Shown here one piece after another: positions 9,150 through 18,388 of a stretch of 64,000 bases of DNA. Below the pieces are notes generated by a model. It ran no database searches. It had not been told where the DNA came from and was given only the letters and a program-made list of their open reading frames with translations. The DNA is from Candidatus Aenigmatarchaeota archaeon. GTDB taxonomy: Archaea; Aenigmatarchaeota; Aenigmatarchaeia; CG10238-14; SCSR01. Position 1 is the stretch's first letter; every line of letters starts with the position of its first letter. The stretch is from NCBI GenBank assembly GCA_039091335.1, contig JAWCME010000002.1, forward strand, positions 1 through 64,000, given 5' to 3'. Position numbers and translations under genes: made by a program.

Positions 9150-12026
9150 ATGTTTGAAAAAAACATTAAAAAAGAGGAGGAAATAGCAATTTTTTGGGAA
9201 AAGAATAGAATTTATGAAAAAGCTAAAAATTTGAGAAAAAATTCAAAAAAGTTTTTCTTTCTCGACGGCCCGCCATATGCTACTGGTAGCATTCACATAG
9301 GTACTGCGATGAATAAAATTTTAAAGGATTTCTACATTCGTTTTTTCAGAATGCTTGGGTTTAATGTTTGGGATCAACCTGGATACGATTGTCATGGCGT
9401 TCCTATAGAAAACAAAGTGGAAAAGAAGCTTGGTTTTAAATCAAAAAAGGATATAGAAAAGTTTGGTGTTGAAAATTTCATAAACGAGTGCAAAAAATTT
9501 GCAACAGAGTTTATAGACGTGATGAACAATCAGTTTAAAAATCTTGGAGTATGGATGAACTGGAAAAACCCATATTTGACTTTAAACAACGAATACATAG
9601 AGGGAGCATGGTTTACGTTTAAAAAAGCGTTTGAGAACGGTTTCCTTTATAAAGGAAATTATCCTGTTCATGTTTGCCCTCGTTGCGAGACTGCAGTAGC
9701 TTACAACGAGATAGAGTATGCTTCTACCGAAGACCCAGCAATATACGTTAAATTTAGAATTAAAGACGATCCGAACACATTCTTGGTTTGTTATACAACA
9801 ACACCATGGACCATTCCTGCAAATACAGGTATAATGGCTAAGGGAAGTGCTGAATACGTAAAAATTCAGGTAGAAAATGAATTTCTAATTATAGCAAAAA
9901 AACTTTTAGAAGAAGTGATGAAAAAGGCTGGTATTAAGAGTTACAAAATAATAGAGACAATAAAAGGAAAGGAATTGGAAGGAATAAGGTATGAATACCC
10001 ATTTCCGGATATTTTTCAATTCCAAAAAGAACTTATTAATGCTCATAGAGTGATTTTATCAGAGCAGTTTGTCAGTTTAGAGGAAGGCACAGGTCTTGTA
10101 CACACCGCCCCTGGTCACGGACAGGAAGATTATAATGTTGGGTTGGAGGCAGGTTTGCCCATTGTCTCTCCTTTAAAGATGGATGGAACCTTTGATGAAA
10201 GATGCGGTAAATTTTCTAATATGTATGTAAAGGATGCAGATAAATTAATAGTTGAAGAACTAAAGAAGAGGGGATTGCTTCTTCATGAAGAAAAAATTAT
10301 TCATGAATACCCATTTTGTTGGCGATGTTCTTCACCTTTAATTTTGATGGCTGTACCACAATGGTTCTTCAAGATTACTGATATAAGGAAAAAACTATTG
10401 CAAGAAAATAGAAAAATAAAATGGGTTCCTGATTGGGCTGGAGAAAGATTCCAAAATTGGTTGGAGCAGCTTGGTGATTGGCCCATCTCAAGGCAAAGAT
10501 ACTGGGGAATTCCACTTCCAATCTGGATTTGCGATAAATGTGAAAATGTTGAAGTAATAGGTTCTAGAAAAGAATTGCCAGTTATTCCTAAAGATTTTCA
10601 TAAACCGCACATAGATAAAATTGAATGGAAGTGTAAGAAGTGTGGGGGGAAAATGAGAAGGGTACAAGATGTTTTGGACGTTTGGTTTGATTCGGGGGTT
10701 GCGCCATGGGCTTCTCTTGGCTATCCAAAAAAGAAATTATTATTTAAAAAACTTTGGCCGGTAGACTTTATACTAGAAGGTCCTGACCAAATTCGTGGTT
10801 GGTGGAATTCCTTGATGATAACAGGCATGATGACTTTTAAAAGAAGACCATTTAATAGTGTTTTGTATCATGGTTTTGTTTTGGATGCTCACGGAGTAAA
10901 GATGAGCAAAAGTAAGGGTAATATAGTTGAACCACAAGAAGTGATTAATAAGTATGGAAGGGACATACTAAGATTTTTATTCCTTTCTTCCGCTCCTTGG
11001 GATGACTACTGGTTTGACTGGAAAAATATAGAAAAATTGGCAAGGGATTTTGTTATTGTTAGAAACACATTTAACTTTGTTAAAACCTATGTCACGAGCA
11101 GGGGAAACGGAAAAGGATTTAAAAAAGAAGATTTATGGATACTATCAAGAATAAACAGTCTAATTAAAAATTCTACAGAGTACTGTAAAAACTATCAAGC
11201 GCAAAAAGCTGCGCAAGAAATCCTTAATTTTATTCTTAACGATTTTTCTAGGTGGTATATCAAAATAATTAGAGATAGGGTTTGGATATCCTATCAAGGA
11301 AAGGATAAAAAGGCAGCATTCTTTACATTATTTTATGTTGCTGAAAATTTAGCAAGACTTCTTTCTCCTTTTGTTCCTTTTTTTGCAGAACAAGTGTTTC
11401 AAGATATAATTAAACCAATAAAGAAAAAACCAGAATCAATTCATTTATGTGGTTGGCCTAGACCAAACAATAAGCTAATAAACAAAAAAATTGAAGAGCA
11501 AATGGATTTGATTAGAGAGATTTTTGAGGCATGTAGTGAGGCAAGACAAAAAGCAAAAATTAAGCTAAGATGGCCGATAAAGGAGATGATAATAACTTCT
11601 AAAGAAAAAAGGGTTTTGGGTGCAGCAAAAAAGTTTAAAGAAGTTTTATTAAATATTTGCAACGCAAAAACTATTTCTATTACGCCAAAGAAGCCTGTTG
11701 GAGAGTTTTCAGAAGCTGCCTTTAGTTTGGGAAAGGTTTTAGTTTGTAGTAAGATTGATGAAAAACTTTTGGAAGAGGCCTTAATTCGTGAAATTGTAAG
11801 AAAGGTGCAAGAGATGAGAAAGAAATACGGTTTTAAGGTAAGAGAAAGTATATCATTAACTTTAAGTTCTGATGATAGGACGAACAAAATTTTGGAAAAA
11901 CATAAGAGTAAAATAAAAATGGAAGTTGGTGCAAAGGAGTTGAGTATAGGAAAGATTAAAGGAGATTATTCCGACTCGATTGAATTCGAAAAACAAGAAA
12001 TTAAAATTAGTTTTAGCAAGGTTTGA
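9150..12026 (+). CDS. ileS: Isoleucine--tRNA ligase
   Basis: DGPPYATG, HIGT, TTTPWT, GTGLVH, ISRQRYWG, GPDQIRGW, KMSKS; ATG at 9150 preferred. Confidence 0.97.
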   Translation: MFEKNIKKEEEIAIFWEKNRIYEKAKNLRKNSKKFFFLDGPPYATGSIHIGTAMNKILKDFYIRFFRMLGFNVWDQPGYDCHGVPIENKVEKKLGFKSKKDIEKFGVENFINECKKFATEFIDVMNNQFKNLGVWMNWKNPYLTLNNEYIEGAWFTFKKAFENGFLYKGNYPVHVCPRCETAVAYNEIEYASTEDPAIYVKFRIKDDPNTFLVCYTTTPWTIPANTGIMAKGSAEYVKIQVENEFLIIAKKLLEEVMKKAGIKSYKIIETIKGKELEGIRYEYPFPDIFQFQKELINAHRVILSEQFVSLEEGTGLVHTAPGHGQEDYNVGLEAGLPIVSPLKMDGTFDERCGKFSNMYVKDADKLIVEELKKRGLLLHEEKIIHEYPFCWRCSSPLILMAVPQWFFKITDIRKKLLQENRKIKWVPDWAGERFQNWLEQLGDWPISRQRYWGIPLPIWICDKCENVEVIGSRKELPVIPKDFHKPHIDKIEWKCKKCGGKMRRVQDVLDVWFDSGVAPWASLGYPKKKLLFKKLWPVDFILEGPDQIRGWWNSLMITGMMTFKRRPFNSVLYHGFVLDAHGVKMSKSKGNIVEPQEVINKYGRDILRFLFLSSAPWDDYWFDWKNIEKLARDFVIVRNTFNFVKTYVTSRGNGKGFKKEDLWILSRINSLIKNSTEYCKNYQAQKAAQEILNFILNDFSRWYIKIIRDRVWISYQGKDKKAAFFTLFYVAENLARLLSPFVPFFAEQVFQDIIKPIKKKPESIHLCGWPRPNNKLINKKIEEQMDLIREIFEACSEARQKAKIKLRWPIKEMIITSKEKRVLGAAKKFKEVLLNICNAKTISITPKKPVGEFSEAAFSLGKVLVCSKIDEKLLEEALIREIVRKVQEMRKKYGFKVRESISLTLSSDDRTNKILEKHKSKIKMEVGAKELSIGKIKGDYSDSIEFEKQEIKISFSKV

Positions 12027-12030
12027 GGAC

Positions 12031-12372
12031 ATGATAGATTCAAGTGAATTTGGATTTATTGTAGTTGATAGAAAAAAATACAATCACGATGTGATCGTTA
12101 CTTATAAAGGAAAGGTAAAGAGATGTGAACTTGAGAAAAGGCATCTTTTCTCGGAAAAAGAGTTTTTGATGCTTTTAAACGAAAACCCGGAAGTTATTGT
12201 TATAGGTACCGGTCAGTACGGTGAATGTAAAGTCTCTGAAAAAATTTTAAAAATGGTTGAAGAAAGGGGAATAAAGATAATTATTAAAGAAACAAAGGAG
12301 GCGATCATAGAATTTAATGAATTAATGGAGGCGGGTAAAAAACCAGTAGCTTATATTCATGTAACATGTTGA
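12031..12372 (+). CDS. Mth938-like (DUF498) protein
   Basis: PEVIVIGTG, T-x-EAI-x-x-FN, C-terminal HVTC; GAGG upstream of ATG 12031. Confidence 0.85.
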   Translation: MIDSSEFGFIVVDRKKYNHDVIVTYKGKVKRCELEKRHLFSEKEFLMLLNENPEVIVIGTGQYGECKVSEKILKMVEERGIKIIIKETKEAIIEFNELMEAGKKPVAYIHVTC

Positions 12373-12399
12373 TTTAAAAATTTGTCCATTAATTTTAAT

Positions 12400-13059
12400 A
12401 TGGCAAAATCAGAGAGAAAAATCGCAGTTGCTGTTTATTATGGAATAAAGTTGATAGAAAAAAATATAAACGAATTACTGGAAAAATTGAATGTTGATTG
12501 TGTTTATCACAATTATGACGAAAATTCCTATGTCGTTAATTCAAAATATTTCTGGGACATCATAAAAGACGCTAAAAAATCGAAAATAGATAGGATAGTT
12601 CTTTGTGGGGGGCATTTTGGTGTTTGTCATTCATACGCATATAGGAAAATTGCTGAGGAAGTTTTGGAAAAGGAAATGGAAATTATTTTGCCACTTGATT
12701 GTATATACGATGTTGGAATAAAGTATTTTGGATATTCGTCACCAGAAAAGGAAATTGTTTTATCCAGATTAAAAAGCGAAGAAATTATCCAGGAATTTAT
12801 TGAAAAATATTTGGTACGTAGAATATTACGTAAAAACATTGTTAGCAGTTTTTATGGTGGTTTGTCAATGTTTACAAGATTTAGCGGGAGTATTAGCAAA
12901 AAATTTTCTGAAAAATATGATGAACATTGTTGGCTATTTCCTTCTAATAGGATTTTTTTCGATGAAGATGAGATTTTAATAGAAGAAGGGAAAAATAATC
13001 GGGCATTAATATCTCGCTTGTTTACAACAAACAAAAAAGTTTTAAAATATTTGCTCTAA
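12400..13059 (+). CDS. Hypothetical protein, possibly isochorismatase/cysteine-hydrolase-like
   Basis: IDRIVLCGGHFGVCH...IILPLDCI resembles the isochorismatase catalytic segment. Confidence 0.45.
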   Translation: MAKSERKIAVAVYYGIKLIEKNINELLEKLNVDCVYHNYDENSYVVNSKYFWDIIKDAKKSKIDRIVLCGGHFGVCHSYAYRKIAEEVLEKEMEIILPLDCIYDVGIKYFGYSSPEKEIVLSRLKSEEIIQEFIEKYLVRRILRKNIVSSFYGGLSMFTRFSGSISKKFSEKYDEHCWLFPSNRIFFDEDEILIEEGKNNRALISRLFTTNKKVLKYLL

Positions 13060-13097
13060 AAAACAGATTTAAATATTTTATTATCAATTATTTTTTC

Positions 13098-13394
13098 GTG
13101 GAATCAAAGGAAATTATGAAGTGGCTTTTAACAACGCCATATGAGTTTACTAAAAAATATTTAAAAGAAAGGGAAAAAAACTTCAGCACAAATTTCTTTT
13201 ATTTTTACTTTCCGCTTGCTTTCACTTGCTGTGGAAGAGCTATTCTAGCTTCTATACCCCTGCTTAAACTCTATCCGGAGTTTTCAATTCTCTTCCCCCC
13301 AATATTTCTTTTTGAGGGATGTATGGAATCGATAATTGCATACAAAAAAATAAAAAAAAACAAATCAAAGAGAGAAAATTTAGCCCAATTTTAA
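13098..13394 (+). CDS. Small hypothetical membrane protein
   Basis: ORF with two hydrophobic stretches and a TATA-like element upstream. Confidence 0.45.
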   Translation: MESKEIMKWLLTTPYEFTKKYLKEREKNFSTNFFYFYFPLAFTCCGRAILASIPLLKLYPEFSILFPPIFLFEGCMESIIAYKKIKKNKSKRENLAQF

Positions 13395-13443
13395 TTAAAA
13401 TAGCTTATAAAATATTATCAGTGTTGTACAAAGAAGTGAATAT

Positions 13444-15771
13444 ATGGTTACGAAAAAAGAGTTGATAGAAAAGTTAAACAAGAACCCAGAAAGGTATTGG
13501 AAAGTTAAACTCTTCGATGAAGTTGGTTTTAAAAGGAAGAAATGCATAAATTGCGGGAAGTTCTTTTGGACTTTAACAGAGCAAGAAAAATGTAACGATT
13601 CTACTTGTAGACCATATGATTTTATAGGAAACCCGCCGACAAATAAAAGGCTTGGCTTTTTTGAGACTTGGAATGAAATAGAAAAATTTTTTGTGAAAAG
13701 GGGGCATACTTCAATAAAACCATATCCGGTTGTTTGTAGATGGTTCCCTCTATATTTTACAATAGCGGGGGTTGTGGATTTTTACAGAATAAGTGATGGA
13801 AAGCTTGAGTTCGAATTTCCAGCAAATCCTATAATTCTGCCGCAAATTTGCCTTCGTTTTAATGATATAGCAAATACAGGAGTAAATGCAAGGTCTTATA
13901 CTTGTTTTGGTATGATTCAACAAAGCTCTTTGTACGACGGAAGAGAAGGTTATTGGAAGGACGAATGCATGGAAATTGATTTTGATTTACTAGTAAAGGT
14001 CTTTGGAATAAACCCAGAGGAAATAGTTTTTATAGAGGATGCTTGGCTCGGGCCTTCTGCCTTTGGAAGTAGTTTGGAATATCATGTTAGGGGATTAGAA
14101 TTGGGTAATGCTGTGTTTACAGAGTTTTTAGGAACTCCTGATAATTATGAGGAAATGAAAGAAAAGGTCATTGATATGGGTGCCGGGTGGGAAAGATTTA
14201 CATGGATAACACAAGGCACTCCTACAAGCTATGATTGTGTTTTTGGTTCTGTGCTAAAAAAATTAAAAAAAGAATGTGATGTGGAATACGATGAAGAATT
14301 TTTTCTCAATTATTCAAAATTTTCTGGTGTGTTAAACTTGGATGAGGTTAAGAGTTTAAAGGAGGAAAGAGTAAGAATTGCAGAAATGCTGAACGTTTCT
14401 ATAGAAGAATTGGAAAAAAAAGTAGCCACGATGGAGGCGCTGTATTCAATAGCAGATCATTCCCGTGCCTTAGTTTTTGCAATTTCTGATGGTGGGCTTC
14501 CTTCAAACGTTGGAGGAGGTTATAATTTAAGAGTAATTTTGAGAAGGGCCTTAAATTTTATAAATAAGTTTAAATGGAACATAAAACTACAAGATGTTGC
14601 TATTTGGCATATAGATTATCTAAAAAAAATTTTCCCGGAGTTAAAAAATCAGAAGGAAGAGATTTTAAAAATTCTTGATGTGGAGGAAAAAAGGTATAAT
14701 CAAGCAAAAGAAAGGAGTAGAAGAATAGTTGAATCCTTGTCTGGAAAAAAGATTACAGAAGAAGATTTAATAACACTATACGAGTCTGAGGGAATTACTC
14801 CAGACCAATTAGGATTAGAAACACCAAACGATTTTTATGTTAAAATTACCGAAAGGCATATGAAACCAAAGGAGGAAGAGAGAAAAATAAAGTTAGATGT
14901 AAGCAAACTGCCTCCAACAAAAATTCTTTACTATGACCAAATTTATGAGTTTGATGCAATGGTTTTGGGAGTTTTTGGGGATTATGTTGTGCTCGACCAG
15001 ACAGCCTTCTATCCAAGAAGTGGGGGTCAAGAGCCAGATTCCGGAACTATAAATGGATTTAAGGTTATAGATGTTGAAAAAATTGGCTCGGTCATAATTC
15101 ATAAGCTTGAAAACCATAATTTAAAAACAAACCAAAAAGTATCTTGTGTTTTAGATAAAGAGAGAAGAGTTATTCTATCCAAACACCATGTAGCTACTCA
15201 TCTTATAAATGCTGCTTCAAGAAAGATTCTTGGTAAACATGTATGGCAGCACTCGGCTTTTAAGGACATAGACGGAGCAAGGCTTGACATAACACACTAT
15301 GAAAGCTTAACACAAGAGCAAGTCGAGAGAATAGAGAATCTTGCAAACGATTTTGTTAGAATGGCTTTACCAATTAACACAGAAATATTACCAAGAGGTG
15401 AAGCTGAAAAAAAGTATGGTTTTACGATATACCAGGGAGGTGCTTTCCCAGAGAAAACCCTTAGAATTGTTAAAATTGGAGACGTTGATATAGAAGCGTG
15501 TGGTGGAACGCATCATATGCTTGAAAATACAAAAGATATTGGATGTGTAATAATTCAAAGGACTAAAAGAATACAGGACGGAGTGGTTAGAATAGAGTTT
15601 GTTGCAGGAGACGTTGCACTAAAGTATTTGAAAGAAAAGGAAAAAATATTGATAGACGTGGCGAATTTTTTAAATGTCAAAGAAGAGGACGTTCCAAAAG
15701 AAGTAGAAAAAATTTTCAAAAGATGGAAAGAACTTAGAAAAAATATTAAAAAACTTAAAGTGGTGAAATGA
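13444..15771 (+). CDS. alaS: Alanine--tRNA ligase, archaeal type, lacking the C-terminal globular (C-Ala/DHHA1) domain
   Basis: CxxCGKFFW, ELGNAVF, DMGAGWER, IADHSR, editing motifs HVATH and CGGTH, GVVRIEFVAG; ends after the helical linker. Confidence 0.95.
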   Translation: MVTKKELIEKLNKNPERYWKVKLFDEVGFKRKKCINCGKFFWTLTEQEKCNDSTCRPYDFIGNPPTNKRLGFFETWNEIEKFFVKRGHTSIKPYPVVCRWFPLYFTIAGVVDFYRISDGKLEFEFPANPIILPQICLRFNDIANTGVNARSYTCFGMIQQSSLYDGREGYWKDECMEIDFDLLVKVFGINPEEIVFIEDAWLGPSAFGSSLEYHVRGLELGNAVFTEFLGTPDNYEEMKEKVIDMGAGWERFTWITQGTPTSYDCVFGSVLKKLKKECDVEYDEEFFLNYSKFSGVLNLDEVKSLKEERVRIAEMLNVSIEELEKKVATMEALYSIADHSRALVFAISDGGLPSNVGGGYNLRVILRRALNFINKFKWNIKLQDVAIWHIDYLKKIFPELKNQKEEILKILDVEEKRYNQAKERSRRIVESLSGKKITEEDLITLYESEGITPDQLGLETPNDFYVKITERHMKPKEEERKIKLDVSKLPPTKILYYDQIYEFDAMVLGVFGDYVVLDQTAFYPRSGGQEPDSGTINGFKVIDVEKIGSVIIHKLENHNLKTNQKVSCVLDKERRVILSKHHVATHLINAASRKILGKHVWQHSAFKDIDGARLDITHYESLTQEQVERIENLANDFVRMALPINTEILPRGEAEKKYGFTIYQGGAFPEKTLRIVKIGDVDIEACGGTHHMLENTKDIGCVIIQRTKRIQDGVVRIEFVAGDVALKYLKEKEKILIDVANFLNVKEEDVPKEVEKIFKRWKELRKNIKKLKVVK

Positions 15772-15920
15772 TTGAATTAAGAAAGAAAGAAAAAATACTG
15801 AAGGAAGCTTCTGCCATACTTAAGGTTGAAGATAAAGATTTGTTAAGGGTTATAGACAGATTCAAGAAGGAAATAGATGAGATGGAGAAAAAAATAAAAG
15901 AATTTAAATCTAATCTTTGA
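15768..15920 (+). CDS. 50-aa protein similar to the AlaRS C-terminal helical segment
   Basis: Not in ORF track; ATGA overlap with the alaS stop; MIELRKKEKILKEASAILKVEDKDLLRVIDRFKKEIDEMEKKIKEFKSNL*. Confidence 0.8.
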   Translation: MIELRKKEKILKEASAILKVEDKDLLRVIDRFKKEIDEMEKKIKEFKSNL

Positions 15921-15930
15921 GTTATTTTAT

Positions 15931-16539
15931 ATGGATTTTTCAGACGAGATGATAAAAAAATCAAATGTTCTTGTAAAAACATTAGAAAAATATATCTCAA
16001 TTCTAGAAGAACAAAAAGAAACATTGGATGAAATTTATAAAAATATAGAAAATGCAAAAGCAATCCATACTTGGGGGAAAGGTAGGTCTGGAACGGCAGC
16101 CGTGGCTCTTGCCCTTAGGTTAAAACAATTTGGATATAATGTTTGGTTTATTGGTGATACGATTAAGGAGCCTATTAGAAGAGGGGACGTTGTTATACTT
16201 TTTTCCGGATCTGGTGAGACTGCTGAGATAGTGGATGTTGCTAAAAAGGCAAGAAGAGACGAAGCAACAGTAATTTCAATAACATCTTATAAAGAAAGTG
16301 AATTGGCTAAATTTTCAGACTTGATATTTTGGTTACCAGGAGGAATGGAAAAGAAGAAGGGCTGGGACTACCTAGAAGCTCAGCTTACAAATAAAAAACA
16401 ACCTTTTTATGGTGGGGGGGAGTTTGAGCTTTTGGCATATCTCTTTCAAGAATCTTTTGTAAATTCAATAGGAAGCTACAAAGGAATTTCTCAAGGAAAA
16501 ATTGCAAAGGAGCATGAAAGGGACGAGACTATTTCTTAA
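15931..16539 (+). CDS. hxlB: SIS-domain protein, 6-phospho-3-hexuloisomerase-like
   Basis: GKGRSG, LRLKQFG, SGSGET, ITSYKESELA, FE motif. Confidence 0.75.
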   Translation: MDFSDEMIKKSNVLVKTLEKYISILEEQKETLDEIYKNIENAKAIHTWGKGRSGTAAVALALRLKQFGYNVWFIGDTIKEPIRRGDVVILFSGSGETAEIVDVAKKARRDEATVISITSYKESELAKFSDLIFWLPGGMEKKKGWDYLEAQLTNKKQPFYGGGEFELLAYLFQESFVNSIGSYKGISQGKIAKEHERDETIS

Positions 16540-17116
16540 TCTTTGGTAAGATCATCAATATTTCTTTTGGGTCTCCTATTGCAATACAATTTCCTTCTAA
16601 GTAAAACTTTCCTACCAAAGCAGAAGTTATTGCATCTAGCTCGTCGCCAGTAATTTTTTCTTTTATTCCCTTTATACCAAAATTTATCAACCCATCTCTA
16701 AGTTTTTCTATTCCTTTCTGTTTTCTTGGGATTTTAAGTATATCTTGTGCAGCGCCAGGATAAACTTCTATTACCTTTAATCCTTTATTTTCAAAAATTT
16801 TCCTAAGTTTAATCCCCCTTTTTGTCAAGGCCCTCATTGGTCCAAGTGTTATTGGAAAAAACTTTATCCCGATTTTTAAAAGCTCCCTGTCACATTCTCT
16901 CAAATGAATATTACTTCTTTCCTCCAGACTTTTTCTTCCTATCGGTAAAGCTAGGGGGGCGTCTATTGCAACAACCTTTGGCTTTGATTTTAAAGTTTCT
17001 TCAATAATTTCTTTGTCAGAAAAGAGCAAAGAGGTTTTTACCTTATTTTTTTCAAGAACGCAAAATCCTGTGGGCCTTTTCTTACTACCTGCTAAGTCGA
17101 TTCCTATTACTCTCAT
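16529..17116 (-). CDS. DUF429 family protein (RNase H-like fold)
   Basis: GIDLAG, AIDAPL, RECDREL, IEVYPG, DELDA. Confidence 0.85.
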   Translation of the reverse strand: MRVIGIDLAGSKKRPTGFCVLEKNKVKTSLLFSDKEIIEETLKSKPKVVAIDAPLALPIGRKSLEERSNIHLRECDRELLKIGIKFFPITLGPMRALTKRGIKLRKIFENKGLKVIEVYPGAAQDILKIPRKQKGIEKLRDGLINFGIKGIKEKITGDELDAITSALVGKFYLEGNCIAIGDPKEILMILPKIKK

Positions 17117-17538
17117 ACCTTTCTCACAATACACGCCACAGGGGGCTTGACTATCAAGTCACAAACAACATCAAAAACTACATCTTTAGTGATGTTTTTA
17201 ATTTTTTTCTCCCCCCTATAGCTTTTTATTGTTAGTGAAGTATAATTTTCTAAAACTTCTTGTAAGAATATTTGGTCAGGAAATCTATTTGCAATTTCTT
17301 CTAAAAAATTTATTTGTTCTCTACACTCTATGCAATTCTTTTGATAATAATATTTTATTATTGTTTTTCCATTTTCTATTAAAAACATTTCCTTCTCAGG
17401 CCCGAGTTCGTAATCCACTATATTCTTCTCAGGAAGATTTATTTTGTTTTTTTCTGTTGTCCTAAACGAGATAAATGTAAAAGTTGAGAATACCATCAGT
17501 ATGATAAAGAATATTGCAATTAGGCTCTTTTTCTCCAT
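17113..17538 (-). CDS. Membrane-anchored thioredoxin-like protein
   Basis: N-terminal transmembrane helix; YYYQKNCIEC CxxC motif; C-terminal cysteine pair. Confidence 0.55.
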   Translation of the reverse strand: MEKKSLIAIFFIILMVFSTFTFISFRTTEKNKINLPEKNIVDYELGPEKEMFLIENGKTIIKYYYQKNCIECREQINFLEEIANRFPDQIFLQEVLENYTSLTIKSYRGEKKIKNITKDVVFDVVCDLIVKPPVACIVRKV

Positions 17539-17596
17539 TTACTTCAAAATAATATTCATAAAAAGAAATAAATTGTTTTTTTTATTAAATTTATTT

Positions 17597-18388
17597 GTGG
17601 TGCTTGAAAGAATAGTTTCTATAAAGGAGGCTGTAAGAAATCCATATTGGTTGTTTGTTATAGGTGGAGTGGTTTCAGTAATATGTCTATTTGTTTCTTT
17701 GACTGTTTTTGAAAGTTCAATTGGTCTATTCTTCTCCTTTTTAGTTACGATGACGATGATGCCGTTTATGATTAATTTGATGAGATACGAGGAGGCAAGG
17801 CAGGAAGAACTGATTAAAAAAGGAAAAGAATTGAGTGTTTTGGAGAGAAACAAAAACATATTAAAAGTTTATGTTTCGTTCTTTTGTGGAATGATACTTT
17901 CACTTTCAATAATATATCTCATGCTTCCAGAAAGGATTGTAGAAAAGGCGTTTCAAGACCAGATAAACGAAATAAACGCGATAAGGGCAAGGGTTGTTTT
18001 TGCAGACACCTTTACAAGAATAATAGTAAATAATGTTGGAGTGCTTTCCCTCTCTTTTTTGTTTTCAGTTTTGTTCGGTGCAGGTGCTATTTTCATCCTA
18101 ACGTGGAATGCTTCTGTGTTATCTGCTGCAATAGGTATGGTTGCCAAGAGTGTTGGAGGGATGAAAGGGTTACCAATAGCAATATTAACGTTTTTCCCAC
18201 ATGGTAGCTTAGAAATTCTTGCATACTTTATAGGTGGAATATCAGGAGGAATAGTTTCAGCAGCATTAACAAGAAGGAAGACAGAAGGGCTTTACCTTAT
18301 ACTCAAGGATAGCTTTAGCCTTTTGATAATATCACTTTTGTTACTTGTTGTTGCTGCTTTAATAGAGTCGATACAAATAGTGATTTAA
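17597..18388 (+). CDS. Stage II sporulation protein M (SpoIIM/DUF95)-like membrane protein
   Basis: IIVNN, WNAS, PHGSLEI, AALIES motifs; GTG start at 17597 or 17600. Confidence 0.8.
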   Translation: MVLERIVSIKEAVRNPYWLFVIGGVVSVICLFVSLTVFESSIGLFFSFLVTMTMMPFMINLMRYEEARQEELIKKGKELSVLERNKNILKVYVSFFCGMILSLSIIYLMLPERIVEKAFQDQINEINAIRARVVFADTFTRIIVNNVGVLSLSFLFSVLFGAGAIFILTWNASVLSAAIGMVAKSVGGMKGLPIAILTFFPHGSLEILAYFIGGISGGIVSAALTRRKTEGLYLILKDSFSLLIISLLLLVVAALIESIQIVI

